A stretch of DNA of 64,000 bases from Salpingoeca rosetta (taxonomy: Eukaryota > Protista > Choanoflagellata): positions 1,843,638-1,907,637 of the forward strand of contig JAWQFM010000010.1 of assembly GCA_033442325.1 (NCBI GenBank), written 5' to 3'. Positions 1-33,029 of the stretch are shown here, piece by piece. Each line of letters opens with the position of its first letter. Within the stretch, counting starts at the first letter, position 1. The position numbers and the translations under genes are program-made. The notes beneath the pieces were generated by a model that did no database searches, was not told where the DNA came from, and saw only the letters and a program-made list of their open reading frames with translations.

Positions 1-113
1 GCGGGCACGCTGAGGATGGCAGCAGTGGCGGTGACTCGCACCATGCGCAGTCATCGGCCGCGGCGAGCGAGGACGCATTTGGCGATGATGACGACGCGGA
101 CTTGCCGTGGTGA
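1..113 (+). CDS. 3' end of an unidentified gene (acidic C-terminus ...SEDAFGDDDDADLPW*)
   Basis: GC-rich open frame from nt 3 ending at TGA 111-113, followed by UTR-like sequence; the rest of the gene lies outside the window. Confidence 0.45.
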   Translation, partial: GHAEDGSSGGDSHHAQSSAAASEDAFGDDDDADLPW

Positions 114-920
114 TGTGGCACGTGCATCGATGTAGGTGTGGTGATATCACAGCCGTGCGTGCTTGATTGAATGAACCACAGTGAGAAGCCAGCAGGGACA
201 GTGTGTTGGCTGCCCCTGTTTCCGCCTCTTCGCCAGGTGGCTTGATGATGTACATAATTAATTGATGTGTTGGCGTTGTTGCTATGGGTGGAGGGGTGCG
301 AAGCGAGATGCGGAGTTGGTGTGCAAGGTTGTGATTGTGGTGTTTGTGGGTGTCAGGGTGGTGGCGGTTGTAACACCAGATTACGCGCCTCGTTTGTGGG
401 CTCGCTTGCTTTGCTTGACTGCGGGTTTGGGTGACATGCATGATGTACAAGGATGGCTGGCAAGCAAGCAAGTAAACCAATGCTAGTTGAGAAAGGGAAG
501 CGGCTACGAGCAAGCAAGAAGACGGCACAGGGGACAGAACAAGCAAAGACAAGCAAGCAAGCAAGGCGGGGGGGGGGACAAGCAAGGGTTGACAAAGGCC
601 TGTCAAAGGACAGACGGGTGTGCGAAGATGCACACCACTCCGACACAGAGAAAGGAAGACAGAAAGAAAGACGCCTTCCTTGAGGTCACAACAAAGATGG
701 GCGCCTTTCTCTCTCTCTTACACACACACAGACGCAGACACACACACACACAGACGCAGACACACACACACACAGACGCAGACACACACACACACACACA
801 CAGACGCACAGACGCAGACACACACAGACACACAGACGCAGACACACACACACACACAGACGCAGACACACACACACACACACAGACGCACAGACACATA
901 CACACACATGGGGACAGGGA

Positions 921-2164
921 TTAGGTGGTGGCGACGCGACGCCTACGCACGGCCTTGCCGTTGCCGTTGGTTGCGTGTTCGCCGTCATCGTGAGCAGCCG
1001 CTGCGTCCGTTCCGTTGGTTGCGGGTGCCTTGACAGCCGTCTTTGCGTGGCCGTTGGTGGCAGCCTGCTGCTTGCTCTTCTTCTTGTCGTCCGCACCGTA
1101 TGTCTTCTTGAAGAAGCTGGTGAAGAGCACAATCATGGTGAGGTGGTACGCAAACTGGACGTATGCGAGGTACTTCGGGTACACGGTCTCCAGCGGCGAG
1201 ATGCACAGGACGGCGTGGGCAATGCACGAGTAGAACTGGAAAATCTGCCAGGAGGTGATGAGTGGCTTGAAGGGGTGGCGGATGCCGAGGGCGCTGACAA
1301 AGTAGTGGGTGTACATGAGGACGTGGGTGAAGCTGTTGATGCACGCGCCAAAGCACGCGGTGGCCCCGCCGTAGCCGAGGTAGAGGAGCAGTCCCCAGAT
1401 TGGGCCGATGGTGGCGTGGTGGTATACGTGGAGGAAGGACATCTGGCGATCCTTCTTGCGCAGGGCAATGAAGATGGTGTCGAAGAAGTCGAGGAACTTG
1501 GAGAGGTAGTGGACAAGGACCCAGAACTCCGCCGCCTTGGTGAAGGTGGTGTTGAGGCCGAAGAGGTTGGGCACGCTGAAGGATGTGTTTGGAATCTGGA
1601 TCGGCTCGCCCGCACGCAGTTCGTTGAACAACCCTGTCCGTTGGGTGAAATAGATGGGGAATGAGGGAAGGGACGGGGAGAGGCGGGAAAGTAGGCATGT
1701 GAATTGCGAACACGTCCAGAAGGCAAGGCATGGGACTGGAGGCTTGGAACACAAGGGTGGGCCGATCGACACGGTATGCAAGTAACACAGAGACAGAGAG
1801 AGAGAGATGCACGCAGATAACACTCACATACACACACATACACGTACACATGCACATACACACATACACGTACACATGCACATACACACATACACACATG
1901 CACATACACACACATGCATACACACATGCACATACACACACATACATACATATACGCACATACATGCACATGCGCACCTGCTGTCATGGCGGCGCAAACG
2001 ACGACCTGGGCGATGTTGTAGATCATCATTGGGATCTTGAGCTCAAAGGCGGGCCTTGAGCGCATAAACTTGTACAGGCTCACAGCCACAATGACATAGA
2101 TAATGCCAGACCCAATCAACACGGGCGGCTGCACCAGGTAGTCATACTCAGAGTGGTACTGCAT
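921..2164 (-). CDS. Fatty acid elongase (ELO/GNS1-SUR4 family), 2 exons (2164-1978, 1633-921)
   Basis: ELO motifs KFLDFFDTIFIALRKK, SFLHVYHH (HxxHH box), NSFTHVLMYTHY and ITSWQIFQF; several TM helices; a GT-AG intron joins MTAG|LFNE in frame. Confidence 0.93.
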
Positions 2165-2379
2165 GGTGATGGTTGTGTGGTGGAGGAGGGTGGTGGCTGC
2201 AGTGGTGTGGGTGTGGGCGGAGGAGTGTGCGCGGTGGTTGTTGGCAGAAGGCAAAACACACAACAACACGCGCCTGCAGTTTATGCTGTCGTTCACCGTT
2301 CCTCCAAGCGGGCGGACACAACACCACACCGCTCCACACACACCGCACACACAGCACACAGCAACTCAGCACACCAAGC

Positions 2380-2661
2380 ATGTCTGAGGGAGGAGGAGGA
2401 GGAGGAGGAGGGGTTCAGGGGAAGGATCGTGTGCGACAGCTTGAGCATGACCTGACGTTGTTGAGGCAGAAAGTGAAGGATCTGGAGCGGCAGTGCGAGG
2501 AGGAGGAAGAAGCCACGGATCGCAGCAGCGCACGCATTCGGCAACTGGAGGGCGAGCGCATGGATACTATCAAGACAACCCAGCGCATTCAAGAGGTCGT
2601 CTCCGCCATGCGAACAACCGTCACAGACCTCATCAAGGAACTGGGAGGCGACATCGACTGA
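2380..2661 (+). CDS. Small (93 aa) single-exon coiled-coil protein, unknown family
   Basis: ATG 2380 to TGA 2661; heptad-like VRQLEHDLTLLRQKVKDLERQC...IRQLEGER; coding-like composition; divergent from the elongase ATG by about 215 bp. Confidence 0.6.
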   Translation: MSEGGGGGGGGVQGKDRVRQLEHDLTLLRQKVKDLERQCEEEEEATDRSSARIRQLEGERMDTIKTTQRIQEVVSAMRTTVTDLIKELGGDID

Positions 2662-2699
2662 CGCGTGCGCTGCAGTTCAGAGGTTGACACATCCACGGG

Positions 2700-9660
<6,961 letters not shown>

Positions 9661-9752
9661 GCCACCTTCCAACCCTTACTGCCACGCTCGAGCCCGCCCA
9701 ATCGCCCTTTCTCTCACGTTTCTCTCTTCCTTCCACCACAACACGTCTCGTA

Positions 9753-11372
<1,620 letters not shown>

Positions 11373-11765
11373 GAACGAAACGACAGTCAAGACAACAAAG
11401 CAGGAACGGACGACAGACAGTCAAGACAACAAAGCAGCGCGTGAGGTGCCGTGGGTATGTACGCGAGCACAACCATGTGGATGTATGCATGAGTAACGAG
11501 ACCACAGATCCAACACACTCTAACAACGGTTACACGACAGATCAAGGCAAGCCAGCGCACCATGGTTGTTGTGGTCGTTGTCGTTTGGCTCGAACGACTG
11601 CTGTGGCGGCTGTGTATTGGTTGTTGATGATTAGTGGATATTTTGCGTGGAATTTCACATTAACTACACCAAACACCACAAACCGCAGCAGACATCCACG
11701 TGCCCTCAGTCAGAACACACACACACACACCCAGCCAGCCAGCCAGCACCCCAACACACGCGACC

Positions 11766-13027
11766 ATGTCAAACGAGCTTCTTGTGACGCAGAAGCAGGC
11801 AGACCTGGCTGCCCGCGCCTTGCTCCAGGTCATCTCAAAGAGCCACCAGAGCAACCTCTTGCCAGAAGAACACATCCTCTTCCTCACAATCGGGCTCAAG
11901 AAGCTGCCCAAAACCAGCAAGCACCCCAAGCACATGTACGTTGTGTGCGTGCGTGCGTCTGTGTGAGTGAGTGCGTGTGAGTGAGTGAGTGTGTGCGTGT
12001 GTGTGTGTGTGTGTGTGATCGAATTGATGCTTGCAAGTGAGAGCTGGCGCGCGGGAAGTTTCAGCACGAGTGCGCTTACACATGCACACAAACACACATC
12101 GTCTGCCTCTCTCTGACGTCTGATCTGTTGCCATCGCGCTGCCATCGCCCCGCGTACCGTCTCCACCACAGTTCCCTCAAGCACAGCCTGGTGGATTCCG
12201 AGACAAGCGAGGTGTGCATGTTCACAAAGGATCCACAGGATGAGATGGAGCAGCTGGTCCAGAAGGCGATGCCCAAGCGCAAGATCACCGTCATCTCCGT
12301 CTCAAAGCTCAGGGAAGAGTATCAGAGCTACGAGTCCAAGCGCCATCTCTGCGCAAGCTTTGACAAGTTCCTCTGTGACGATCGGTACGCCCGTGTGCTT
12401 TGCATGTTGTGTGTGAGTGTGTGTTGCGTATGTGTGGCGTGCGCGTATGAGTTGCGTATGTTTAGCGTGCGCGTGTGAGTTGCGCATGTGTGCATGTGCG
12501 TGTGGTGTGCGCGTATGTGTGTGTTATGGTTATGTGCGATCCCATGTCTCTGTCCACCCACCCATCCATCCACTGATCTGTCAGTCCACCCATCAATTCA
12601 TGCAACCACTCTTTCGTTCGTTCACGTCTTGTTGCACCGGGATGTTGCTGTCTGGTGCAGTATTCTTCCCCTGATGCCGCGGCTGCTGAGCAAGAAGTTC
12701 TACGACGCAAAGAAGTGAGTGCAATCCCACCCAATCAACACTTGCGTGCCTGTACACACGTGTGATTGCTGTCGCTGTTGCTGATATCCTTGCTAGTGTT
12801 GTGGGCAGTGTTGTTGTCTTGGCTGTTGCCTCTGCAAGCCTTTGCTCATGTTCGTCTGCCGTCGTCTCAACCGTGATTGCACTTGCGGCATGCCGTGATT
12901 GCGGTTCAACAGGTTCCCTGTTCCTGTGTCACTGGCGCGTGCCAAGGCGGCTGGCACCCGCATCCACGCGGCCCTCCGCTCCACCCCGTTCCAGATCAAC
13001 GGCATCTCCATGTGAGCAGGCTCTCTG

Positions 13028-13076
<49 letters not shown>

Positions 13077-14170
13077 TTGTGTTTTTGTGTTTGTTTGTGT
13101 TTTGTTTGTGTGTGTGTGTTTTTGTGTTTGTTTGTGTTTTGTTTGTGTGTGTTCTTGTGCGCGCGTATGTGTGTATGTGTATTCTTGTGTTTATTCAGTG
13201 CCGGTTTGCAACCTCCATTGTCAGTGGCACCAGCATTGGTACCACACCCACACCCACCCTATATACTCGCACACTCGCTTCATCCATCGTGCCTGCTACC
13301 CCATGTGCTACAGTGGCGTGCGCGTGGGCAACACTGGCATGAGCCCCAAACAGATTGCGGAGAACGTGGTGGCGGTCCTTGAGCAGGCAGTGCCACTGAT
13401 CCCGGGCAAGGCCGCAAACGTGCAGGGCGTGTTTATCGCGGGCAACAACACGCTGGCGCTGCCGCTGTACCAGAGCGAGCCCACAGCCGCCGACGAGGGC
13501 GTGCTGTATGATCTGGGCCTTGAGGAGCAGCCCGCGAAGCGCAGCAAGCGCGGTGGCGACAACAAGCAGGGAGGCGCCGCTGCCACCGCTGCTGGTGTTG
13601 CTGGTGAGGGTGCCAAGCGCAAGGAGGTGACGAAGAAGGGCAAGAAGGGCAAGAAGGGCAAGAAGGACCAACAAGGACAACAAGGTCAGCAAGGACAACA
13701 AGGAGAAGAAGAGCGAGGGGAAGGTGGAGGCAGCTGCCAAGGCAACAAATGGGAAGAAGAGCCAACAGCAGCAGAAGAAGCAGAAGGATCAACCACAGAA
13801 CAAGAAGCAGCAGCAGAAGAAGCAGCAGAAGAAGAACAGCAAGGAGGTGGTGACGACCCAGGGAGCGAGCGATGCAGAGAAGAAGGAGCAGCCTGTCAAG
13901 GGCAAGCAGGGCAAGGCTGCCAAGGCGACAAACGGCGAGAGCGCTGCCAAGCAGCCGGAGAAGAAGAAGGCTGCAGCCAAGAAGTCTGCGGCGTCAGCGC
14001 CGGGCAGTGCACTCAAGGCGAAGAAGCAGCAGAAGGCGGGCAAGAAGGAGGCAGCCGCAACAGCACCTGCCACGCCGGCCAAGCTGAACAAGGCAAGCAT
14101 GAAGGCCAAGAAGACCCCAAAGAGCGCGGCAAAGGCAAAGGCAAAGAAGACCCCAAAACGCAAGGACTAG
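11766..14170 (+). CDS. RSL1D1: Ribosomal L1 domain-containing protein (RSL1D1/Utp30/Cic1 family) with Lys-rich tail; apparent +1 frameshift near 13668
   Basis: SLKHSL...EVCMFTKD, KLREEYQSYESKRHLCASFDKFLCDDR|ILPLMPRLLSKKFY, FPVPVSL, VRVGNTGMSPKQIAENVVAV and ALPLY; the H1-like K/A-rich tail is in a shifted frame ending at 14170. Confidence 0.87.
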
Positions 14171-14567
14171 CTACACATGCGTCTGCGAGTGTTTTCATGT
14201 GTGCATAGTAGTTGTGTGTGCGTAGTTGTGTGTGTATGTGTGTGTGTGTTGAAGGCTTGTTTTGTTGTCACTGGACATGTGGTTTGACACAGTTGCAAGT
14301 TTGGACGACGGTTGGCGGTGGTGGTGTTGATGGAACAGGGACAACCCCTCTATCTCGTGTCTTGCTTCGGCCCGTGCTGCACGTGTTGATGAAAATCATG
14401 GATAAACTTCCACAAAATTCCATACCGCGCACGGCGGTGCCTTTTTTTCTCGCCACCAAACCAAACCACCTCCCCTCTCGTACCTCCTTGTTGTTGTCGT
14501 GTGCTGGACTTGGGTGGTCTTCTTGTGAGCTTCGTGCGTCTGTCAAACGGAAGGGAAACAAACGACA

Positions 14568-15853
14568 ATGCGCCCCATTGCTTTGAACGGTCATGATCGA
14601 GCCTTGACCAAGGTTCGCTACAACCGCGAGGGTGATCTCCTCTTCTCCGTGGCCAAGGACAAGGTTCCTTGCGTCTGGTACTCACACAACGGTGCGTTCG
14701 TGTCTGTGTGTGTGTGGTGTGGTGTGTATTGTGCTGTGTGCATGTGTTGTGGTGTGTATTGTGCTGTGCGTGCGTTTGTGTGTGTATGTGCGTGCGTGCG
14801 TGCGTGTGTTTGTGTGTCTTGTGGTGTGCGTGTGTGTGTATGTGTGCGTACGTGAGTGCATGGATCGGTGATAGACAGTCGTGGGTTACATTACATGCAC
14901 AACGTCGACAACAACACATGGACAAACACTTGTACACACACATACACACACACACATACACACACACACACACAAGCACACACACACACGCGCGCTCAAT
15001 CACTCATCTCGTTGCTTGTGTTGTTGAACACGATCTTGCCGTGCAGGCGAGCGCATCGGCACATACGAGGGCCACGAGGGTACAGTGTGGTCGTGCGACG
15101 TCGATTATCTCTCCGAGCACCTGGTCACAGCCTCTGCCGACAACACCCTCAGGGTGTGGGATGTGCAGACCGGTACGTGCTGGTTGTTGCTCACATGTAT
15201 TGCTTTTTCTGCGACCCAATGTGGGTTTTACGCTTGCTTTCGTGTGCCACAGAACTTCGTTCTGTACACATGTCACGGTGTATGGCACGGTGTGCGCCGC
15301 AGCGTTCCCGTACGAGCTGCGATATCACGTGTTGCATCCACGCTTTTCCCACCTTTCTTTCTCTCCTCCATTGACAACCCCGCTCTGTCTCCCCCGTATT
15401 CGTTCACACCAACACGTCCAAACGTACAGGCAAGTCGCTGGCTATGATTGAGACAAACACGGCTGTGAGGTCGTGCTGCTTCTCGCTTGACGGGCGCAGC
15501 ATCATGTACTCGACGGACCACGCCATGGGCTACCCTTGCTACCACCGCATTGTGGACCTGCAGCAGCTCAAGCAAGAGGGCGGCAAGGCGAAGCCCCGCT
15601 ATGAGACGGAGATTAAGGTCAAGGAGAAGCGCATCACATCGCTGCTGTGGGGCCCGGACTCGTGCTTCACCGCACACGCCAACGGCGACATTGTCTCCTG
15701 GGACCTCGAGGTGCGTGTGTGTGTGTGTGTGTGTGCGTGTGTGTGTGCGTGTGTGCTTGTGTACGTATAAGTGCATGCGTGTGCATGCGTGTGCATGCGT
15801 GTGTGTGTGCGTGTGTGTGTGTGTGCGTGCATGTGTGTACTTGTGTGTGTGTG

Positions 15854-15904
<51 letters not shown>

Positions 15905-16432
15905 ACCTTCCTCGATTGGGTACGGTGCACCCTGTCGTGTCTCACTGCCTACATGCAAACTTCAATGCACCGCTCCCTCTCAACAGACGAAGAAGCCCAA
16001 GGCGTTCCAGTCTGCCCACAAGGGCATCATCATGGATCTTCAGTTCAAGAGCGATTTCATGTTCATGATCAGCGCCTCAAAGGACCACACCGCAAAGGTG
16101 CCCACCTCGTGTTTGTTATGTGTGTGTATGTGTGTGTGTGAGAGAGAGAGACATGAGCACACCAGGTTACAACAGAGCGCACCCCTTTGCTCAGGCAGGC
16201 ACTCTCTCACATGCACGCGTGTGCCCTGTGCGCGGCGTTTGCTAGGTGTTTGACTGCGACACGATGGACATTGTGAAGACATTTGAGACGGAGCGTCCTG
16301 TCAACGCGGCTGCCATCTCCCCGACCAGAGACCACGTCATCCTCGGTGGCGGTCAGGAGGCCCGCGATGTCACAACCACACACGGCGCCGCAGGAAAATT
16401 CGACGCACGCCTCCACCACCTGGTGCGCTGCG

Positions 16433-16500
<68 letters not shown>

Positions 16501-16985
16501 GTGTGTGTTTGTGGTTTGCGCCTGCGTCGTCTGACAGATGCTCCCCCCCCCCGGGCTGCAGGTGCTTGAGGAGGAGATTGGCCGCATCAAGGGCCACTTC
16601 GGTCCCATCAACACACTCGCCTTCCACCCCACCGGCAAAGGGTACGTACGACACCACCATCCCCCCCCCCAAAAAAAAATAAGCCAGCACTCATTTACAC
16701 ACTTACACACGCACCTTCAAATCGTTCACGTCGTGTACATGCTGGTTTTGTTGCTGTTTCCCTGTACATTGGCGTGTTGTCTGTCGTTGCATCTTGTATG
16801 GTCCTTCACCTTGCCTTTCTCACCAATGTGTGTATGTGCGTGTGTGTATGTGCGTGTGTGTATGTGCGTGTGTGTTTTTGTGTGTATGTGCGTGTGTGCA
16901 CAGGTACGCATCTGGTGGTGAGGATGGTTTCGTGCGCGTGCACGAGTTTGATGACATCTACTTTGACTTTGAGTTTGAGTACTAG
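14568..16985 (+). CDS. EIF3I: Eukaryotic translation initiation factor 3 subunit I (WD40), 7 exons
   Basis: [84 protein letters not shown] and [20 protein letters not shown]. Confidence 0.97.
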
Positions 16986-17601
16986 ATGAACAGACGCCAG
17001 CCCATCAACCAGCCCCTTCGCCCTTCTTCCTTGTCCCCCTCGCTGTTGTTGTCGTCGTGGCTTGTTCGTTGTTAACACCCCGTTTGTGCCGTGGGCCATG
17101 CGTGTCATCATGTGTCATGTGTGACGTGTGACATGAGACTGCAATTGATGCTTCATTTCTTGGCCTCTCTCTTTGTTGTTGTATTGACTCGTGTGTTCGT
17201 CCCCCGTTTCCGCTTCTCCTCTCTGTGTGCGTTGTCATGTATTGCGCCAATGAAATGCCAACAACAATCCTCTTTAGAAGTCTGTTCAATCAAACAACAA
17301 CATCACACGTACAAACCAAAACAAACACAAACCAATCTTGCCACATGCACGCCAACACGTGCACGGAACAACAAGCAGAGAAAGGGGGGGCAGTTTATAC
17401 AGCAGCTGATTTGGGGAGCAAACATATTGGGTGAAGGGCTGATGCTTAAGCGTGGAGATGAAAACAGTGATTTGACGAGGTGGAAAGAAGAAGTGTATGC
17501 GTATGTGTGTGTGTGTATGTCACTGTTGGTTGTGGTTGTGATGTGGTTGTGGAGGTAGCAATGATGTAGCAATGAAGTAGCAGCAATGATTGATGGTGGT
17601 G

Positions 17602-17863
17602 TTAGACGAGGAGGACAGCGTTGATGCATCCGTCGTTCTCCGGGTGGTTTGTCACCTGCGCGTACTTGCCCTACTTGCCCCACACGACCTTACCGCCCGT
17701 GGTGACGAGCCCGAGCTCGCTGACATTCACCTCGAGGATGGTGCCCTTGGTGATCACGCCGAGCTGCGTGAACAGCGGCGACGACGGGTTCTTCTTCACG
17801 CCCAGGATGGGAAGCTTGAACGTCGCCTTCAACTGATGGCCGCAATGTGGTGGTGGTAGGGGG

Positions 17864-17937
<74 letters not shown>

Positions 17938-19471
17938 AGAGAGTAGAGAGAGTAGAGAGAGAGAGAGAGAGAGAGTAGAGTAGAGAGAGGNNNNNNNNNN
18001 NNNNNNNNNNNNNNNNNNNNNNNNNNNNNNNNNNNNNNNNNNNNNNNNNNNNNNNNNNNNNNNNNNNNNNNNNNNNNNNNNNNNNNNNNNNNNNNNNNNN
18101 NNNNNNNNNNNNNNNNNNNNNNNNNNNNNNNNNNNNNNNNNNNNNNNNNNNNNNNNNNNNNNNNNNNNNNNNNNNNNNNNNNNNNNNNNNNNNNNNNNNN
18201 NNNNNNNNNNNNNNNNNNNNNNNNNNNNNNNNNNNNNNNNNNNNNNNNNNNNNNNNNNNNNNNNNNNNNNNNNNNNNNNNNNNNNNNNNNNNNNNNNNNN
18301 NNNNNNNNNNNNNNNNNNNNNNNNNNNNNNNNNNNNNNNNNNNNNNNNNNNNNNNNNNNNNNNNNNNNNNNNNNNNNNNNNNNNNNNNNNNNNNNNNNNN
18401 NNNNNNNNNNNNNNNNNNNNNNNNNNNNNNNNNNNNNNNNNNNNNNNNNNNNNNNNNNNNNNNNNNNNNNNNNNNNNNNNNNNNNNNNNNNNNNNNNNNN
18501 NNNNNNNNNNNNNNNNNNNNNNNNNNNNNNNNNNNNNNNNNNNNNNNNNNNNNNNNNNNNNNNNNNNNNNNNNNNNNNNNNNNNNNNNNNNNNNNNNNNN
18601 NNNNNNNNNNNNNNNNNNNNNNNNNNNNNNNNNNNNNNNNNNNNNNNNNNNNNNNNNNNNNNNNNNNNNNNNNNNNNNNNNNNNNNNNNNNNNNNNNNNN
18701 NNNNNNNNNNNNNNNNNNNNNNNNNNNNNNNNNNNNNNTTCAAGGCAACAACGAGACCAGTCGCAAACGCAGACACCAGCATCAAGCGCCAGTCGCAAGG
18801 AAGATGGAACACACGGCCATGCTCGGTAGCGCGGGGATCGCCCGTACCCAGGACACTCAAACCACAACATGCGCACGCACCGATCCATAAGATACGCGGG
18901 GGATGGCGCCTTCTGGAACATCGGCCTCCTTCTTCTTCTTGCTCTTGCGCTCCTCGTGCATGGCAAGCCTGTCGCATGGAACGCACGACACGGGAATGTG
19001 GGGATGTGGGGATGAGCATGAGTGGAGTGCAGGGAGAGCTGGTGTGGGGCGGGGAGAAGAAGGAGGCGAGAGGATTGGCACACACACATATGTATACACA
19101 CATATGTATACACACACACACACACTCACACACACACTCACTCACTCACTCACACACACACACACACACAAATACAGTCCAAAGAAGCCCCAACACACCC
19201 ACGCCAACACGCCCACGCCAGCACACCCACACGTGCACACAGAAACAACGTTAGATACAAGACAAACAAGCACCACGCACGTCTTCTTCATCTGGATCTT
19301 CTCGGCATGGCGCTTCTTGTTGAAGAGCTTGGCCTTGATACCGCGCAGCTTCTGTGCCTGCTTGGAGACGCGATGCACCTCGCGTGCAGCCTTCTTGCGC
19401 ATGCGCTCCTCGTGGTCCAGTCGGCGGCCATGCAGCTTGCGATGCCGCTCAATGTGTTCGTTCTGAGGCAT
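17602..19471 (-). CDS. NSA2: Ribosome biogenesis protein NSA2; middle lost in an assembly gap; two apparent lesions
   Basis: [23 protein letters not shown]...[13 protein letters not shown]; GAIPAYLMDR; [53 protein letters not shown]...[20 protein letters not shown]. Confidence 0.93.
17991..18738. other. Assembly gap (N run), flanked on the left by an (AG)n tract at 17867-17990
   Basis: N characters in the sequence. Confidence 1.
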
Positions 19472-19814
19472 GGTTGTGTGCTATGTGTTGTGTGGTGAAA
19501 GAGAGAGAGAAGGAGAGAGAGAAGGAGAGAGAGAAGGAGAGAGAGAAGGAGAGAGGACAAAGAACAGGGATCAAGGGCTCTTGGAGATGCTATCCGCACA
19601 CTCCACCAACAAAAGCGGGCACGGCTCGTGTCGCACGTGTCTGTGCTGCAGATGTGGACGAAAGATGGGTAAGGGCAACGTGCGCGCGGGTTGAAGTTTG
19701 GCGTGTAAGCAGCGCGTGTGGCTAGAAAATTATCAAAAATCATTCGCCAATAATCAGCAACCACATCGGAAGCGAAGGAACAAGAGGAACAAGCGCGTCA
19801 CACGGCAAACGGCA

Positions 19815-22746
<2,932 letters not shown>

Positions 22747-23154
22747 GCCACGATGACAGCACCACTCCACCCGAGACCACATGGTTACAAGCTGGCTGGG
22801 CGGTGATCGGGCTGTCTTTTGCCAAACATCTGGCGACGTTGCTTGCTTGCTGCGTGCTGTTCATTGATGCAAATGATTACAAATACAACAGACACTTGCA
22901 ACGAAAGAAGCACTGAAAAGCCACTCTTATGGCACAACACACCCCCTCAAACACACTTTGCGTTCTCTGAGTCACACTCCCCAACACACACGTCCACAAT
23001 CAGAATCATCTCAAGAATTAGAAACAGCACTGTCGGTCTGAAGTTACAAGCCACACACAGCACACACCACATAGCTCGCCGCCAACTGCTCAGCACAAAT
23101 ATCCCCCCCCATCCATCTTCGCTTGCCAAAATCTTATGTCAATCAACAGCTCGC

Positions 23155-31382
<8,228 letters not shown>

Positions 31383-31625
31383 GCGTGTGTGTGTGTGTGT
31401 GTGTGTCGTGTTGTGTTGTGTTCGATGCAGCTTGTGGACTTGAACACCGATGTTGAGGTGACAATGGCAGGAGGTGGGGTAGTGGGCTGTTCGTGTTTGG
31501 ATGAGGCCTTGTTGGTGTTGGTGGTTGGCAACACACGCCCGAAAAACAACAATACAAAACAAGCAGCAGCAAAACAACGCTGCAGGGTTTAAGGGAACGG
31601 CTTTTATGAATGCTGTCAACGAGAA

Positions 31626-31658
31626 TCACAGCACCTCAAACTTCACGCCAGCACCCTG

Positions 31659-31735
<77 letters not shown>

Positions 31736-32773
31736 TGTGTGAGGGTTGCGGGAAAGGGGAAGACACAAGATCAACGTGCACGCGTTGTTCAAACATGTTA
31801 CGAGGCGTGGCACCAACACCGATGTTTGCATTTGTGGTTGCGTACGTTAAGGCGCTGAAGGATGTCGGTGTGGCGAAACGCAGTCGCGGACGTCAGCACG
31901 CCCCTCGGCACCTTGCCTTCGTTTCCGATCACTGGCGTGTGGTGCGTTGTGAACGTCATGACGTGGACATGATTAGCGAGAGAATGGCCAACGAGGAAAC
32001 TGACGCTGACAAAACAGAGTGGACTACACAAACGTGCATACATGCACGCACGCACGCACAAAAAGGTTGCAACACGCACGCACACATTTGCACATACACT
32101 ACAACAAACACACACACACAGTACAGTACAGCGTGGCACAGGCAAACCGTACGAGCGAGCGCGCATTGCACGATGCAGATGGGCGTGGCGACGTAACCGG
32201 GCTCGGGGCCGCTCACACGCGTCTTCACCTGTTGTAGAGCATCACGTGCAAGGACAGGACGCGGCGTGACTAGCGTGTTGTTGGTGTTGCTGCTGCTGCT
32301 GTGGCAGGCTCGAACCCCAAAGGACAGGAGCATGGCTGTTGTATACACACAGGTCAAAGGTGGATCGTACCGTCACGTCTGGGGCGCCCCGCGCCTCGGC
32401 GGCAGCAGCGGAGGTGTAGCCCTTTGCCACAAAGTTCATCTCAAAGCTGGTGGCGCGCATCTGCTCCTCCGTCGGGCCGTCGTGAGTGAACCTGAAGTGT
32501 GTGCACGCGTCGTTGGGATTGGCAGTGGAAGACAAGGATACAGTTGAAGGGTTTGTGCAAAGGAGCAGCGAAGGAAGGTCGTGAGAGGTGAGCGGACCAA
32601 CACACGCAGACACACGGGGAGAGAATTTGGGCGTGCATTCCGAGATGACGTACACGCCGAGGGTGAAGAGCTCTGGGAACTTGAGGAGGAGGGAGCGGCC
32701 GAACGAGAAGTTGGCCAGCGCCCCAAACACCGTCCCCGCAGCCTGGCGTGTGCGTGCGTGCGTGCGTGCGTGC

Positions 32774-32854
<81 letters not shown>

Positions 32855-32957
32855 TCAAAGAAGCAAGGAAGCAGGTCGGCAAACGAATGCACACGCGAAG
32901 AACACATGTGCAGACACAGGCACAGGCACATGCACATGCACAGGCACAGGCACACAG

Positions 32958-33029
<72 letters not shown>

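Noticed and set aside
60-113. DDDDADLPW* resembles the bacterial/phage SSB C-terminal tip (DDDIPF)
   Set aside because: Only about 36 codons are visible; too short and low-complexity to assign.
17602-19471. Calling NSA2 a pseudogene
   Set aside because: Both lesions flank an assembly gap and the rest of the protein is highly conserved, so sequencing or assembly error is more parsimonious; kept as findings to verify.
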